From: Candidatus Cloacimonadales bacterium
GTDB lineage: Bacteria; Cloacimonadota; Cloacimonadia; Cloacimonadales; JAFGVF01
Length of the DNA stretch: 64,000 nt
Direction: 5' to 3'
Assembly (NCBI GenBank): GCA_963667035.1
Contig: OY762964.1
Location: forward strand, 1,088,001 to 1,152,000
Position numbers and translations under genes: made by a program. Below are positions 28,740 to 39,786 of the stretch, in pieces. Within the stretch, counting starts at the first letter, position 1; each line of letters begins with the position of its first letter. The notes under the pieces were generated by a model. That model saw only the letters and a list, made by a program, of their open reading frames with translations, did no database searches and was not told where the DNA came from.

Positions 28740-31364
28740 TTACCTCTCTATCTTTTCTTGTAAATCTTTCAATACTTTCCATGCCTCAATAGGAGAAATA
28801 CTATTAAGGTCAAGCTCTTTAATCTCTTCGAGTACGCTATCATTACTTTCAGTTATCTCAGCCATGTACTCAAATATATCTATTTGATCTGAGCTTTGAT
28901 GTAACTGCTTCTTTAGCTTCTGAGTTAAGCCTTGTGGACTAAGCTCTTGACTCTCCAGATTCTTTAAAATCTGTTTGGCTCTATTTATAACTTTTACAGG
29001 TAGACCTGCCAGTCTAGCTACTTGAATTCCATAGCTCTGATCAGCACCACCTCTTTCAATCTTTCTTATGAATATCATTTCATCATTCCACTCGCGTACA
29101 GCAATGTTATAATTCTTTATTCTATTATAAACTTGCTCCATTTCTGTCAATTCATGGTAATGAGTGGCAAACAAAGTTTTTGCTTCTTTGAATTTAAGTA
29201 CATACTCCACAATTGCCCATGCAAGACTCAAGCCATCAAACGTAGAAGTTCCTCTGCCAATCTCATCAAGCAGTATCAGAGAGGCGGAAGTAGCTGAGTT
29301 CAATATGTTTGCAGTTTCTATCATCTCCACGAGGAAAGTGGATTGCCCCATAGCTAGATTATCAGATGCTCCCACACGAGTGAACACTTTGTCGAATATC
29401 GGTAAACAAGCTTTATCTGCAGGAACATAACAACCTATCTGAGCCATAATAGCTATCAATCCAATCTGCCTTAGGTAAGTTGATTTACCTGCCATATTGG
29501 GGCCTGTTAGAATTGCAATAAGATTATCCTGACTATCCAGATTCACATCATTAGGAATATACTGTTCATCTTCGAGAAGTTTCTCAATCACAGGATGACG
29601 GCATTCTTCCAACTCCAGAATTCCCTCTTCATTGAATAGAGGTCTAGTATATCTATTGGAATATGCAATAAAGGCAAAATTGGAAAGGACGTCGAGAGTT
29701 GCCACAATTTGTACAAACTGTTGCATCAACTCTATTTGATCAGCAAGCCCTTGTCTTAAATCAAGATATAGTTCATGCTCAAGAGCTTTACTTTTCTCTT
29801 CTGAACTGAGAACTTTTGACTCAAACTCTTTTAGTCTGGGGGATATGTACCTTTCAGAATTAACTAGGGTCTGCTTTCTGATATAATAATCAGGAATTTT
29901 ATCTTTATGAGTTTTAGTGACTTCAAGATAGTATCCGAAGACTTTATTGTAGCCAACTTTTAATGATGGAATTCCTGTTTTTTGCTTTTCTTCATCTTCG
30001 AGTCTGGCAATCCAGGATTTACCGTCTCTACTAATGGAACGAAGTTCATCCAGTTCTTCATGTATACCGTCATTTATTAATCCCCCTTCCGTGATTAGTA
30101 CGGGAGGATTCAATGTTATTGTTTCTCTTATACTTTTGATAATAGGTTCGTATTCAAGGATTGAATCTCTAAGCATTACTAAGGTTGGAGCATTGTAATT
30201 CTCCAATATTTGTCGAATATCAGATGCTTGTTCCAGATATCCTGCCAGAGCATTCATTTCTCTAGGATTGATTCTTCCTGCACCTAATTTACTCAATAAT
30301 CTGCTCAGGTCTCCAATAGAATCCAATAATTCTCTTAAATCAGCAGTATAAGTTATCTTTTGGATAAAGTTTTGTACGGCATTGAGTCTTTCATCAATTT
30401 CTGTAACCGAAAGGAGGGGGTGTAACAACCAGTTTTGTAACAATCTGGAACCCATCGGGGTTTTTGTTTCATCCATAACCGAGAGAAGGCTTCCATGCTT
30501 ATCTCCATATCTCATAGACCTTAACAACTCAAGGTTTCTTCTTGTAACTTCATCCAATTGCATATAATTGCTGATAGAGTAATAATGAATCTCCGTAATA
30601 TGCTTTAATTCATCCCTTTGCATCTCTTTTGCATAGGTTAAAGCAATCCCTGCGGCTATTACTCCTACTGTTTTCTTTTGAGCTCCCAAGCTTTCAAGTG
30701 TTGATGTATGAAAATGTTCTTTTATTGATTTCTTAAGTTCTTTTGTATCATATTGCCAACCTTCTGCAATTGATATGGTCGGGTGACTCTCAAGTTTAAG
30801 TTTCTCAAGCATCAATTTATCATTGTCATTGATAACTAGCAATTCAGAGGGGAGAAGTCTTTGTATTTCGTTAGTCAATTGCTCAATTCTCAATTCCGTA
30901 AACAAGAAATCTCCGGTAGAGATATCAAGCATTGCTAACCCTATCTTTGATTTTGAGCTTACCACAGCACCTAAAAAGTTATTGGAATTAGTACCTAGTA
31001 ACTGTTGATCTAGTATAGCCCCGGGGGTAATAATTCTTACAATATCTCTTTTAACAACTCCTACAGCAAGTTTAGGATCTTCAATCTGTTCACAGATTGC
31101 AACTTTTAATCCGGCTCTAACCAGTTTATCAAGATAGTTATCCAAAGCATGATGTGGGAATCCTGCTAAAGGCACAGGATCGTCATCTTTTTTGTTTCTT
31201 GCAGTTAATGTAATCCCTAATATTTTAGAAGTCTGCTTTGCATCATCAAAGAAAGTCTCAAAGAAATCACCCATGCGAAACAAAAGCAATTTATCCGGAT
31301 GTTGTTCTTTGAACTTAAAATATTGCTCCATCATAGGAGTCAGTTTTGCCGGTTTATTGCTCAT
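28740..31364 (-). CDS. mutS: DNA mismatch repair protein MutS
   Basis: TPMMEQY, FRMGDFFE, TGPNMAGKST, STFLVEM, DEIGRGTST and SYGIQVA motifs. Confidence 0.97.
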   Translation of the reverse strand: MSNKPAKLTPMMEQYFKFKEQHPDKLLLFRMGDFFETFFDDAKQTSKILGITLTARNKKDDDPVPLAGFPHHALDNYLDKLVRAGLKVAICEQIEDPKLAVGVVKRDIVRIITPGAILDQQLLGTNSNNFLGAVVSSKSKIGLAMLDISTGDFLFTELRIEQLTNEIQRLLPSELLVINDNDKLMLEKLKLESHPTISIAEGWQYDTKELKKSIKEHFHTSTLESLGAQKKTVGVIAAGIALTYAKEMQRDELKHITEIHYYSISNYMQLDEVTRRNLELLRSMRYGDKHGSLLSVMDETKTPMGSRLLQNWLLHPLLSVTEIDERLNAVQNFIQKITYTADLRELLDSIGDLSRLLSKLGAGRINPREMNALAGYLEQASDIRQILENYNAPTLVMLRDSILEYEPIIKSIRETITLNPPVLITEGGLINDGIHEELDELRSISRDGKSWIARLEDEEKQKTGIPSLKVGYNKVFGYYLEVTKTHKDKIPDYYIRKQTLVNSERYISPRLKEFESKVLSSEEKSKALEHELYLDLRQGLADQIELMQQFVQIVATLDVLSNFAFIAYSNRYTRPLFNEEGILELEECRHPVIEKLLEDEQYIPNDVNLDSQDNLIAILTGPNMAGKSTYLRQIGLIAIMAQIGCYVPADKACLPIFDKVFTRVGASDNLAMGQSTFLVEMIETANILNSATSASLILLDEIGRGTSTFDGLSLAWAIVEYVLKFKEAKTLFATHYHELTEMEQVYNRIKNYNIAVREWNDEMIFIRKIERGGADQSYGIQVARLAGLPVKVINRAKQILKNLESQELSPQGLTQKLKKQLHQSSDQIDIFEYMAEITESNDSVLEEIKELDLNSISPIEAWKVLKDLQEKIER

Positions 31365-32553
31365 TTATAACCTTTAAGAATGAATTTATGTTCATTGATT
31401 TTAAAATTTGCTTAGCTGAACCTGCTCTACTTCCGTCAACAAAAGGACCTGCAAGTACTACATAAGAGTCCTTATCATTAAATACGGTTTTAAAGTAGCT
31501 ACAGTTTATCTGCTTTTCTCTAACTTTTGTAGCCAGGTTACTAGCATTATTCTCTACTCCAAATCTTCCGATTTGCAGATAAATACCTTTTCCCGGATTG
31601 TCCACTCTAATAGGATTAGAATTTAAGTACGTTGATCTTATTTCTGCCAGAGCGAAATTGTGTTCCGCTTCTGTTTCTTCTTTTGGTTTCTTTGATGTTA
31701 TTTCTTTTAATGGCAGTACAGGTCTGTTTTCCGGTTTCACTTCATTCCCAGGGTACAAACAGGATAGATCAATACAATCTTTGAATAGTGTTTTTAGAAC
31801 ATAAAGTTGTTTCTCAGCTTCGTAGGCGTAAGATGATAATCTGTCAATAGATACTACCTGCTTATAAAACTCATAAGAGGTCTTTGGATTATCTGTTTTA
31901 AACTGATAATTTCCAAGTTTCAGAAGATAGTATTGGGATTTAAGCAGTTCAGGAAACTTCTCAGCCATTTGCACTAATACTTCAATTGCTTTATCATGGT
32001 CATAGGTTTCTGCCCAAGAATCGGCAATTGTATAGTAAGCCAATTTAACTTTATCAACATTATCACTGCTGTTAATAAATAATTCAGCTTCCGTTCTAGC
32101 TTTACGGTAGTTTTTACCTTGCTTGTAATAGGTTCTTGCTTTCCAGAAATGTGTGTCGGCATAATCTCCTGCACATTCGAGATATTCTAATGCGTCACTG
32201 TAACGTCTTTCGAAGAAACGAATTTTTCCCATCTCTAGACATGTATCTTTATAATATGCAGTTTCTCTTCCTTGTTTGATAGCTTCCAAATAGAATCTTT
32301 CGGAAGTAGCAATATTGGAGGCAAGCTTACCCATATACAAATTGTAAAACGCAGAGTCATCATTATTGTAATGCTTGAATGTTTTCAGACTATCAATAAC
32401 TGCTTTGTTATTGCCGTTCAGAAACTCATTGAGAATGCTACTATGACGTGCAATATTTGCCCTTAAACCTACGCTTAGAGATAGGAAAAGAATCAAATTA
32501 CTAATCTTGATTAATCTTTTTCCTGACAAGACCATAAGCTTTAATATCTGCAT
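31354..32553 (-). CDS. TPR-repeat protein with C-terminal SPOR domain (true start probably slightly downstream of 32553)
   Basis: Helical TPR-like repeats; C-terminal YLQIGRF...NA...YVVLAGPF SPOR motif. Confidence 0.7.
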   Translation of the reverse strand: MQILKLMVLSGKRLIKISNLILFLSLSVGLRANIARHSSILNEFLNGNNKAVIDSLKTFKHYNNDDSAFYNLYMGKLASNIATSERFYLEAIKQGRETAYYKDTCLEMGKIRFFERRYSDALEYLECAGDYADTHFWKARTYYKQGKNYRKARTEAELFINSSDNVDKVKLAYYTIADSWAETYDHDKAIEVLVQMAEKFPELLKSQYYLLKLGNYQFKTDNPKTSYEFYKQVVSIDRLSSYAYEAEKQLYVLKTLFKDCIDLSCLYPGNEVKPENRPVLPLKEITSKKPKEETEAEHNFALAEIRSTYLNSNPIRVDNPGKGIYLQIGRFGVENNASNLATKVREKQINCSYFKTVFNDKDSYVVLAGPFVDGSRAGSAKQILKSMNINSFLKVINEQ

Positions 32554-33703
32554 TAACTTTTAAATAAACATTTGTATTAGGTTTTGTAAACTCAATCTCT
32601 GAGCCGTCTTCCATTGAAATTGAATCAACTGTCATTAAAATATCATCATCGGGATCAGGAAAGATTATTTCAATCTCTTCATCAAGACCAAACTTACTGT
32701 AGCATTCAATGATAGCTCTATCATTATCAACTCCAATAACTCTTCCTAAATACTGATAATCTCTAATGTAAGCGGATGAGCCGTAGAATTGTGTGTTATC
32801 TGAATCAAAGCCATGAAAGAATCCTGTTCCATAAATTCTATGACTAATTTTGTATAACTCTTCGGAAAGGGAGTTCTCAACATCAATACCTTTTTGAATT
32901 AACTCAATAGCTTTTCTGTAAGTTCTTACTACATTTGCTACGTAATAAGCACTTTTCATTCTACCCTCAATCTTGATGGAATGAATCCCGGAATTGAGAA
33001 TTTGGGGGAGTTCGCTAAATAGGTTCAAATCCTTCGAGTTCATGATGTAAGTGCCGGCATTATCTTCTTCAATATCAAAGTACTGATTAGGTCTTGTTTC
33101 TTCAACTAGGCTGTATTTCCAACGACAAGGCTGCGTACATTGTCCGCTGTTTCCGCTTCTATTATTTAGAAATGCACTTAGGAGACATCTTCCTGAATAG
33201 GCTATGCACATAGCTCCATGAACAAATATCTCAATCTCTGCTTTAGGTACTTTATCACATATCTCTTTTATCTCTTCGTAAGTCAATTCTCTGGCTAATA
33301 TGATACGTTTAACGCCATTATCAATCCAGAACTTAACCGATCTCCAAGATACTGTATTAGCTTGAGTACTAAGATGAATAGTGAGATTTGAATACTCTTT
33401 TACCATTGCAACAACACCGGGATCAGAGACTATGACAGCATCTACATTAACATCCTCTAGTTGCTTCAGTAACTCCGGTAACTCATCAATTTCATCATTA
33501 TGAAGGAAACTGTTAACTGTTACGTAAACTTTTTTGTTTAAAGAATGAGCAAATTGTACCCCGACATTAAGTTCTTCTATTGTGAAGTTATCTGCTTTAG
33601 CTCTTAACCCGAACTTCTTTGTTGCACAATAAACGGCATCAGCTCCGTAAGTCAGGGCATATTTAAGCTTGATTAAATTTCCGGCAGGGGCAAGTAGTTC
33701 CAT
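32501..33703 (-). CDS. U32 peptidase-family protein (TrhP/YegQ-like)
   Basis: ELLAPAG, HLSTQAN, LAREL, HGAMCIAYSGRCLLS, CTQPCR and KIEGRMKS motifs. Confidence 0.88.
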   Translation of the reverse strand: MELLAPAGNLIKLKYALTYGADAVYCATKKFGLRAKADNFTIEELNVGVQFAHSLNKKVYVTVNSFLHNDEIDELPELLKQLEDVNVDAVIVSDPGVVAMVKEYSNLTIHLSTQANTVSWRSVKFWIDNGVKRIILARELTYEEIKEICDKVPKAEIEIFVHGAMCIAYSGRCLLSAFLNNRSGNSGQCTQPCRWKYSLVEETRPNQYFDIEEDNAGTYIMNSKDLNLFSELPQILNSGIHSIKIEGRMKSAYYVANVVRTYRKAIELIQKGIDVENSLSEELYKISHRIYGTGFFHGFDSDNTQFYGSSAYIRDYQYLGRVIGVDNDRAIIECYSKFGLDEEIEIIFPDPDDDILMTVDSISMEDGSEIEFTKPNTNVYLKVNADIKAYGLVRKKINQD

Positions 33704-34962
33704 TAGCTACTCATGTTTTTCAGAAGATCTTCGTTTGTTTTGGCAGTTTTCATGCGTTTCTTCATCATCTCTATTCCTTGGATAGGACTCATTGTTTTGA
33801 GATATTTACGCAATATAAACATTCTATGTTTTTCAAGGTCAGATTGGAGTAATTCTTCTCTTCTTGTTCCTGATTTAACAACATCTATAGCAGGATATAA
33901 TCTCATATCACTGATAGTACGATCAAGTACCAATTCCATGTTACCGGTTCCCTTGAACTCTTCAAAGATAACCTGATCCATTCTGCTTCCTGTATCAACG
34001 AGAGCAGTAGCTATAATGGTTAAACTTCCTGATTCTTCCGTATTTCTTGCAGCACCGAAGAATTTTTTAGGTTTGTGTAAACCGTTAGCATCAATACCAC
34101 CACTAAGAACTTTACCTGATGAAGGCACAATATTGTTATAAGCACGAGCAAGTCTGGTAATACTATCAAGAACGATAACAACGTCACGTCCCATCTCGGC
34201 TAATCTCTTAGCTCTATTCATAACCATTTCGGCAACGGCAATGTGATTGCGTGGAGTTTCATCGAAAGTTGAACTGAGAACTTCTCTTTTACCGGGCTTA
34301 AGTATGCGTTTCATTTCTGTAACCTCTTCCGGACGCTCATCAACTAATAATACTATTAGTTCTACTTCGGGATGATTTGTGAGGATTGCATTGGCTACAT
34401 TTTGAAGTAATACTGTTTTACCTGTTCTAGGAGGAGCAACAATTATACCACGTTGACCTTTACCGATAGGAGTAAAGAGATTCATAATTCTTGTTGTATG
34501 TTCATTAGGGTGATGTTCGAGATTAAGTCTTTCGGTTGGATAGTAAGGGGTTAATTGATCAAATTTCTTAGCTTCAAGAACTTCTTGAGGGTCAGCTCCA
34601 TTTACTGCAGAAACTCTAAGAAGAGCATAATATTTTTCTCCGTCTTTAGGGGAGCGAACAGGACCGGAAACAAGGTGACCGCTCTTTAAATTAAACCTTC
34701 TAATTTGAGTTAATGATACATAAACGTCATCTTTACCGGGAAGGTAGTTGTTATGCTCGAATCTAAGGAATCCGTACCCGTCATCCATTACATCAAGACA
34801 TCCGGTTACAAAAGCAAGACCTTCTTGCAAAGCAACCATCTCTAATATCTTGAAGATGAGCTCTCTTCTGTCCATGTTAGTATAGCCTGTAATCTTATAT
34901 GTACGGGCAAGTTTATTCATTTGAGTTCCATTTAACTCAAAAATGTTGTCAATGGATTCCAT
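33703..34962 (-). CDS. rho: Transcription termination factor Rho
   Basis: [43 protein letters not shown] and [10 protein letters not shown] motifs. Confidence 0.97.
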   Translation of the reverse strand: MESIDNIFELNGTQMNKLARTYKITGYTNMDRRELIFKILEMVALQEGLAFVTGCLDVMDDGYGFLRFEHNNYLPGKDDVYVSLTQIRRFNLKSGHLVSGPVRSPKDGEKYYALLRVSAVNGADPQEVLEAKKFDQLTPYYPTERLNLEHHPNEHTTRIMNLFTPIGKGQRGIIVAPPRTGKTVLLQNVANAILTNHPEVELIVLLVDERPEEVTEMKRILKPGKREVLSSTFDETPRNHIAVAEMVMNRAKRLAEMGRDVVIVLDSITRLARAYNNIVPSSGKVLSGGIDANGLHKPKKFFGAARNTEESGSLTIIATALVDTGSRMDQVIFEEFKGTGNMELVLDRTISDMRLYPAIDVVKSGTRREELLQSDLEKHRMFILRKYLKTMSPIQGIEMMKKRMKTAKTNEDLLKNMSS

Positions 34963-35288
34963 AAATGACTCCTTTAGTTGTAAACTTATGATATTTAGCG
35001 TTTCTTACATGCTAAATGCTTGTATTTTGGTCTCTTTGTCCCAATACTCAGACAAATTCATAACCTCTGTTTTCTGTCAATCATATTTTATGAGGAAAGC
35101 TATTATTGTTTGTCATTGTTAAGGACGGTTTTTATTATTATACTTCATTTCTATAATTTAAGTAGATATTTTTTATGCTATGCAATTTTCTACTCTATAA
35201 CATGTAACAAAAAATATTCCGGTAATTACATAAAATCTCAAACTTTATTACCTATCATTGCCCTTAAATTAAATTCTTCATCAATTCG

Positions 35289-35396
35289 CATTTTTCCCAC
35301 TGTGCTCCCACTGTGATGTCACTGATATCGCACTGAAACAGTGGGTTGGTAGTGAGTGCACAGTGCCTTCACAGTGCGAAAGCGGTGGGTTGGTAG
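35289..35396 (+). repeat. Phased CACTG/CAGTG dyad element, copy C
   Basis: CACTG x4 at 11-bp spacing, CACTG-AAA-CAGTG centre, CAGTG-like x5 at 11-bp spacing. Confidence 0.85.
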
Positions 35397-35538
35397 ATTT
35401 TGCACTAAAGGGGAGCATTACTGTAGTAAAAAGTTTGGAACTCTTCATAAAACGCACTGTTGATTCATAACTTGCTATTCAATAATATGGATTAGCAATC
35501 TTCCACTAATTATTAATGTTAGAATCATTAAAAGTATT

Positions 35539-36480
35539 TCACGATTCATTAATTTGTTTTTGACCCTCTGCTTGTTGTATTAAGGTGTTCAACATTCCAT
35601 GTCTGATACCGCAATCATGTACTATTAATTGTTCCTGCTGGGTAACTTCCATTACAGCTTTAACGATTAAAGTACCTGCCAGAATTATATCGGCTCGTTT
35701 AGGATGAAGTCCTTGCACTTTTTTGCGTTCTTCAAGCGTCATGCCTGCAAAGTACTTAACCATACTGTTTATATCGCCGATAGTGAGTTTTAATCCTTCA
35801 ATCCATTGAGCATCATACTCCTCGAGACCAACTTTGACAGCGGCAAGAGTTGTAACTGTTCCACCGATAGCGAGCATCTTACTAATCTCTTTCTGAGCAA
35901 AATGCTTTTGAAGAACAGTTTGAAGATATGCGGAGAGTGATTTTATTTCATCTTCGGACGGCGGATCGGATTTGATAAATCTATCTTGCATTATTAAAGC
36001 ACCCATTGGTAAACTGATCTGTTTCAGTATTTCATGATGCAGGCTTAAAGTGAATTCGGTAGACCCACCACCGATATCAAAGACCATATAGCTGGTTTCA
36101 GGTTCATCAAGCTTGATTTTGACTGATTCAAAGGCAAGTCTTGCTTCCTCTTCTTGAGAGATAATTTTAATTGTAATGTTTAGCTCTTTACGAACAAGTT
36201 TAACGAATTCTTCTGCATTCTCAGCTCTTCTGAGAACAGCAGTCGAGAATACTTCAAATCTATCAACATTCTCTTCTTGAGCTATTTGGGCAAATCTCTT
36301 TATAGCATGAAGATTACGTTCCATAACAGAGAAAGGGATAGCACCTGTATCTTGTAGACTTTCTCCTAATCTGGTAACATCAAGCTCATCTTTAATTATC
36401 TCTACTCTGCCCTCATCATACTCAGCTAATAAGAACTTCATGGAGTTAGTTCCTATATCCAGAACAGCGTATTTTGCCAT
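35539..36480 (-). CDS. ppx: Ppx/GppA family phosphatase
   Basis: DIGTNS, EEEARL, DIGGGSTE and RADIILAG motifs. Confidence 0.85.
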   Translation of the reverse strand: MAKYAVLDIGTNSMKFLLAEYDEGRVEIIKDELDVTRLGESLQDTGAIPFSVMERNLHAIKRFAQIAQEENVDRFEVFSTAVLRRAENAEEFVKLVRKELNITIKIISQEEEARLAFESVKIKLDEPETSYMVFDIGGGSTEFTLSLHHEILKQISLPMGALIMQDRFIKSDPPSEDEIKSLSAYLQTVLQKHFAQKEISKMLAIGGTVTTLAAVKVGLEEYDAQWIEGLKLTIGDINSMVKYFAGMTLEERKKVQGLHPKRADIILAGTLIVKAVMEVTQQEQLIVHDCGIRHGMLNTLIQQAEGQKQINES

Positions 36481-36543
36481 TGGTATCTCCGTAATGCGTA
36501 GTTCAATTATTGATAAAAAAGGGGATTAATAGATATGTGTCAA

Positions 36544-37284
36544 TTAATAAATTTTATCAACACTTCCGGAGAAGAAGGGTTGAATCATACCTGCCCTTAA
36601 CTCTAACAATAAGGCTCCCTTACTGTTAATTCCATGTACTTTACCTGTAAATTTATCGAATTCAGTAACTAAATCTATTTCTTTTCCGGTTAAATATGAT
36701 TGCTCACGATAGTATTCTAGATATTCTTTGAGTCGGTTCTCAATAAATTCAGGCAATTCTTCTGCATAGAGCTCAAACAGTCTTTCCAAGAAGAGGTCAT
36801 GGTCGATATCCGTACCTAACTCAATCGAAATACTGGAAGCGACTTCTTGAAGCTCCTCAGGGAATTCTGATATGTTTGTATCTATACCAATACCAACCAG
36901 AAAATAGTTCTTAACTCCTAAATGTGTGGTTAGAATACCGCATATTTTCTTGTCCCCGATGAATATATCGTTGGGCCATTTTATTTTAACTTTGCCGTCC
37001 AATTCAGGATAAAGATCAACAATGGTTTTATGAATAATCACACCTGTGAATATAGTTAATGAACTATCAAGTGGTAATCCGTATAAAGCCATTGTAAACC
37101 ACAAACCACCTTCTGGTGAGAACCATTTGTTCTTTTGTCTTCCTTTTCCACCGGTCTGCTCATTAACTCGAACAAGGAAATTGCCGTTAACATCTCCATT
37201 CTGAATCATCTTTTGAGCAGAGTTCATAGAACTTAAGACTTTATTGAAAGAGTAGATTTCATCGAACAAGTACTGTTTAATCAT
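36544..37284 (-). CDS. birA: Biotin-protein ligase lacking the N-terminal HTH
   Basis: QTGGKGR..W.SP, IKWPNDI and KKICGIL motifs. Confidence 0.9.
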   Translation of the reverse strand: MIKQYLFDEIYSFNKVLSSMNSAQKMIQNGDVNGNFLVRVNEQTGGKGRQKNKWFSPEGGLWFTMALYGLPLDSSLTIFTGVIIHKTIVDLYPELDGKVKIKWPNDIFIGDKKICGILTTHLGVKNYFLVGIGIDTNISEFPEELQEVASSISIELGTDIDHDLFLERLFELYAEELPEFIENRLKEYLEYYREQSYLTGKEIDLVTEFDKFTGKVHGINSKGALLLELRAGMIQPFFSGSVDKIY

Positions 37285-38315
37285 TATAGTATCACCATTG
37301 CATCACCGTAACTGAAAAATCTATACTCCATCCTTACGGCTTCTTTGTACGCATTCATAACATTATCATAACCTGCAAATGCACTAACTAACATCAATAA
37401 GGTTGATTCAGGCATGTGAAAATTTGTAATCAATCCATCTATTACTTTTACTTCTTTACCCGGATAGATGAAAATATCAGTCCAATGCCCCCCAGGTTTA
37501 ACTTTACAACCATCTGCAAAGCTTTCCATAGTTCGTGTTGATGTAGTCCCAACCGCAATCACACGTCTACCTTCATCTTTAGCCTTATTGATTATTTCTG
37601 CCGATTTTTGAGATATTTCACAATATTCTTTATGCATTATATGTTCTTCAATATTCTCGGTCTTCACCGGTCTGAATGTGCCTAAGCTAACTCTTAGGTT
37701 AACTTCGGTAAGAATAACACCTTTGTCTTTTATCAGTTTCAGAAGTTCATCGGTGAAATGCAATCCTGCAGTAGGAGCTGCGACGCTACCTTTTTTGTCC
37801 GCATAAACAGTCTGGTAGTTCTCTTTATCTTCATCATTACTCTCTCTCAAAATATAGGGGGGGAGAGGTACACGTCCATGGATTTCAAGAGCCTCCCAGA
37901 AATCTCCTTTTGCTTCAAATCTTACAATCCTTGAACCTTCGTCACCATAACCGATAATTTCTCCTGTAAGATTATCATTGAAGATAACCTTTGCTCCATT
38001 CTTTAACCTTCTACCAGGCTTTACCAAGCATTCCCAGTCCATATTCTCTATCTGATGTAATAGAAATACTTCTACTTTTGCACCTGTAGTTTTTGTACCT
38101 AATAAGCGAGCGGGGATGACCTTAGTGGTATTAAGAACTAAAACATCACCCGGGACTAAGAGGTCAACAATCTGAGTGAACTTTAAATGCTCTCTATCTC
38201 CGGATTCTTTGTTTAAATATAGTAGTTTTGATTCGGATCTGTTCTTTAAAGGATACTGAGCAATAAGTTGTTCAGGGAGTTCATAGTAATAATTACTTCT
38301 TTCTTTTAGTGACAT
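37284..38315 (-). CDS. queA: S-adenosylmethionine:tRNA ribosyltransferase-isomerase
   Basis: PLPPYI, GSVAAPTAGLHF, TNFHMPESTL and FSYGDAM motifs. Confidence 0.96.
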   Translation of the reverse strand: MSLKERSNYYYELPEQLIAQYPLKNRSESKLLYLNKESGDREHLKFTQIVDLLVPGDVLVLNTTKVIPARLLGTKTTGAKVEVFLLHQIENMDWECLVKPGRRLKNGAKVIFNDNLTGEIIGYGDEGSRIVRFEAKGDFWEALEIHGRVPLPPYILRESNDEDKENYQTVYADKKGSVAAPTAGLHFTDELLKLIKDKGVILTEVNLRVSLGTFRPVKTENIEEHIMHKEYCEISQKSAEIINKAKDEGRRVIAVGTTSTRTMESFADGCKVKPGGHWTDIFIYPGKEVKVIDGLITNFHMPESTLLMLVSAFAGYDNVMNAYKEAVRMEYRFFSYGDAMVIL

Positions 38316-39042
38316 TTTTAGCATTCCTGAGTACGGCTTTGAAAGAGCCGAAGATTATTTTACTTTCGAGAAGCACAGGAATCTTTTCTTCATCATCCGT
38401 CAACCAGATAAATACGCGTCCTGAGTTTGCAAATATTGTTTCACCATCAACGACAGGTTCAATTTTAAGGCAATTTACTTCTCCGAAAATAGTGTCAATT
38501 TTTTCTCTTTTATGACAGATGATTTTAATTGGGGCAGTAACACCATCTGCTGTTACACTCAGATTGAGTGTATCTCCCGGGACTAACTCCCGTTCTCTGG
38601 ACCAATAGAAAGCTGAGAACATATCATGTGTGTCAGGAGGAATTTCCATGTAGGTCTCTTTCCAAACCTCTTGTTTGAACTTCCATTTGCGATACATAGT
38701 TAAATTATCATTTCTCTTAAACACATGAATACGATGTTGACGGTAATTACCTTCTTTAAGTTTTTTCACAAATTCATATGGTAATCCGGTGTCAGGATTG
38801 ATAATTGATTTTATCTCATCTCTCACCTTGAAGATTGAATCAAAAAATGGGTATGTCTTTGTTGTTGCGGAGACTTGAATAGCGGTTGAATCTTCATAAG
38901 CTACACTATCAACAGCAAGAACTGCTTCTGCTGCTTTTATGAATCCGTATTTAATATCAAAGGTTAGTTTCTCACCAACTCTATAACTAAATAAATGCGA
39001 TACTAAAGAAAAAATGATTACTATCAAAAAGGCTTTTCTCAT
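38293..39042 (-). CDS. DUF3108-like exported protein
   Basis: GEKLTFDIKYG, FKVRD and WLTDD..KIPV motifs; N-terminal signal peptide. Confidence 0.7.
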   Translation of the reverse strand: MRKAFLIVIIFSLVSHLFSYRVGEKLTFDIKYGFIKAAEAVLAVDSVAYEDSTAIQVSATTKTYPFFDSIFKVRDEIKSIINPDTGLPYEFVKKLKEGNYRQHRIHVFKRNDNLTMYRKWKFKQEVWKETYMEIPPDTHDMFSAFYWSRERELVPGDTLNLSVTADGVTAPIKIICHKREKIDTIFGEVNCLKIEPVVDGETIFANSGRVFIWLTDDEEKIPVLLESKIIFGSFKAVLRNAKNVTKRKK

Positions 39043-39786
39043 CTATAACTTACCACCTGTGACAAAGAACTCTTCACCACTAATATACCTACTGTTTTTA
39101 TCAGTTAAAAACTTGCATATGTTTAAAATATCTTCATACTCTGCAAGTCGTTTCTTAGGGATTAGTTCTAACTCCCTAGCATAATATTCTTTTCTAAAGT
39201 CTCGATACTCTTCACTGAAGTGCGAATCATCAATCTTAATAGGACCCGGAGAAACTGTATTTACAGTAATATCGTAGTCCTCTAACTCAAGAGCTAAACT
39301 TCTTGCCAAGTTTGCCACTGCCGCTTTGGATGCGGCATAGGCAGTTCCCATTTTTAAGCCAATCCTGCTTACATTAGAACCGAAAAGTATGATTCTTCCA
39401 TAATTACTTGCTTTCATTACAGGCAGATTGGCATGTAGCAAGTTAAAGGTTGAGAAGAGATTGCTTTGAATGATTTTATACCATAACTTCGGATTACTGT
39501 CTTCAAGTTTACTGAAATCACTACTGCGTATTGAAGCAGTATGAATGATTATGTCAGGAGTACTACCGCTATTTTTGTTTAACTCTTCACAGGCATTCAC
39601 AACTTCACTCAGATTGTTTAAATCACATTTTTGATAGTATACATTAGAGTGCCTATTAACAAGATCAATAATCCTTGAATCATTATCATGAACTAATAGA
39701 TGTAGAATGTAATTCTTAGAGTGGAAGTGATGGGCAATATAACTACCTAAGTTTCCATTAGCTCCTGTAATAAGAATTGTTTGCAC
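39043..39786 (-). CDS. SDR family oxidoreductase
   Basis: TGANGNLG, YAASK and VNTVSPG motifs. Confidence 0.85.
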   Translation of the reverse strand: MQTILITGANGNLGSYIAHHFHSKNYILHLLVHDNDSRIIDLVNRHSNVYYQKCDLNNLSEVVNACEELNKNSGSTPDIIIHTASIRSSDFSKLEDSNPKLWYKIIQSNLFSTFNLLHANLPVMKASNYGRIILFGSNVSRIGLKMGTAYAASKAAVANLARSLALELEDYDITVNTVSPGPIKIDDSHFSEEYRDFRKEYYARELELIPKKRLAEYEDILNICKFLTDKNSRYISGEEFFVTGGKL